Positions 51,256-54,984 of a stretch of DNA of 54,984 nucleotides are shown piece after piece (within the stretch, counting starts at the first letter, position 1; the number at the start of each line of letters is the position of its first letter). Below the pieces are notes generated by a model, which was not told the DNA's origin, did no database searches, and saw only the letters and a program-made list of their open reading frames with translations. Made by a program: the position numbers and the translations under genes. The stretch is from Chromera velia (taxonomy: Eukaryota), in assembly GCA_018398765.1 (NCBI GenBank), contig JAHBMJ010000182.1:1-54984 (forward strand). The letters are read 5' to 3'.

Positions 51256-51773
51256 ATTATTGTGTGTTATTGAATTAGTGTTACCTTAGAAATGGAGTTA
51301 CTTCAGACAGCTGTAACGTATGTCCTAACCGTCTCCGCACTGTGCTAGTAGGCGGCAGCACTGTGTTCAGTGGAAGAGCAGTCCTTCTACTCGAAATCTC
51401 ACATGCCTGTATCTCAGTACGCATGTATAGATAGACGGATGCATGCCAATTCGATGCCAAATACACGTACGGCACGAAAAATCAATACATCTCGGCATGG
51501 CTCAAACACCACCCCGTGAACGATCGGTCGCGCGCACAATTTAAAATCGTCCTGGCACAGGCCGCAGTACCAATGCGCACACTCTCAATCCTGACATGCT
51601 AGACGAGCAATCGCAATTCCAACATACAACATCACGCGCGACCCCCCCCTTTGGTCTCGCCACTGTCTTTTTTCTATCGCTTCTGGCTCTGTGTGCTACG
51701 TAAAAGAGACGTTCGATCAAAGATCAATAGGATAAAAAGAATCGAACTAAAGAAGATACACATGTAAACATAT

Positions 51774-54984
<3,211 letters not shown>

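Overview
Eukaryotic, intron-rich genomic DNA. Genes are GC-rich, introns are full of microsatellites, and the spacers are AT-rich with transposon relics. The style suggests a chromerid alveolate such as Chromera velia, but that is an inference. Contents in order: (1) the last exon of a PfkB-family kinase; (2) an inverted-repeat-bounded DNA-transposon relic spanning an assembly gap; (3) a very large PZP (PHD/Zn-knuckle/ePHD) chromatin protein on the minus strand, head-to-head with eIF4A-III; (4) UCH37/UCHL5 on the minus strand, head-to-head with the main finding; (5) a 21-exon gene that splices into one ~1163-aa frame fusing prephenate/arogenate dehydratase (+ACT), plant-type arogenate dehydrogenase (TyrA) and a class-Ib aspartate/prephenate aminotransferase, i.e. 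the whole post-prephenate Phe/Tyr branch in one polypeptide; (6) a 487-bp hAT-type MITE with a perfect 8-bp TSD; (7) a ~24-exon secreted protein with lectin-like, Asn/Ser/Thr-rich and bacterial-Ig-like segments; (8) two convergent, decayed Penelope-like retroelements, one with an N-terminal GIY-YIG nuclease, flanking a degenerate repeat array. All exon models were derived by hand from splice signals and reading-frame continuity, without transcript data.
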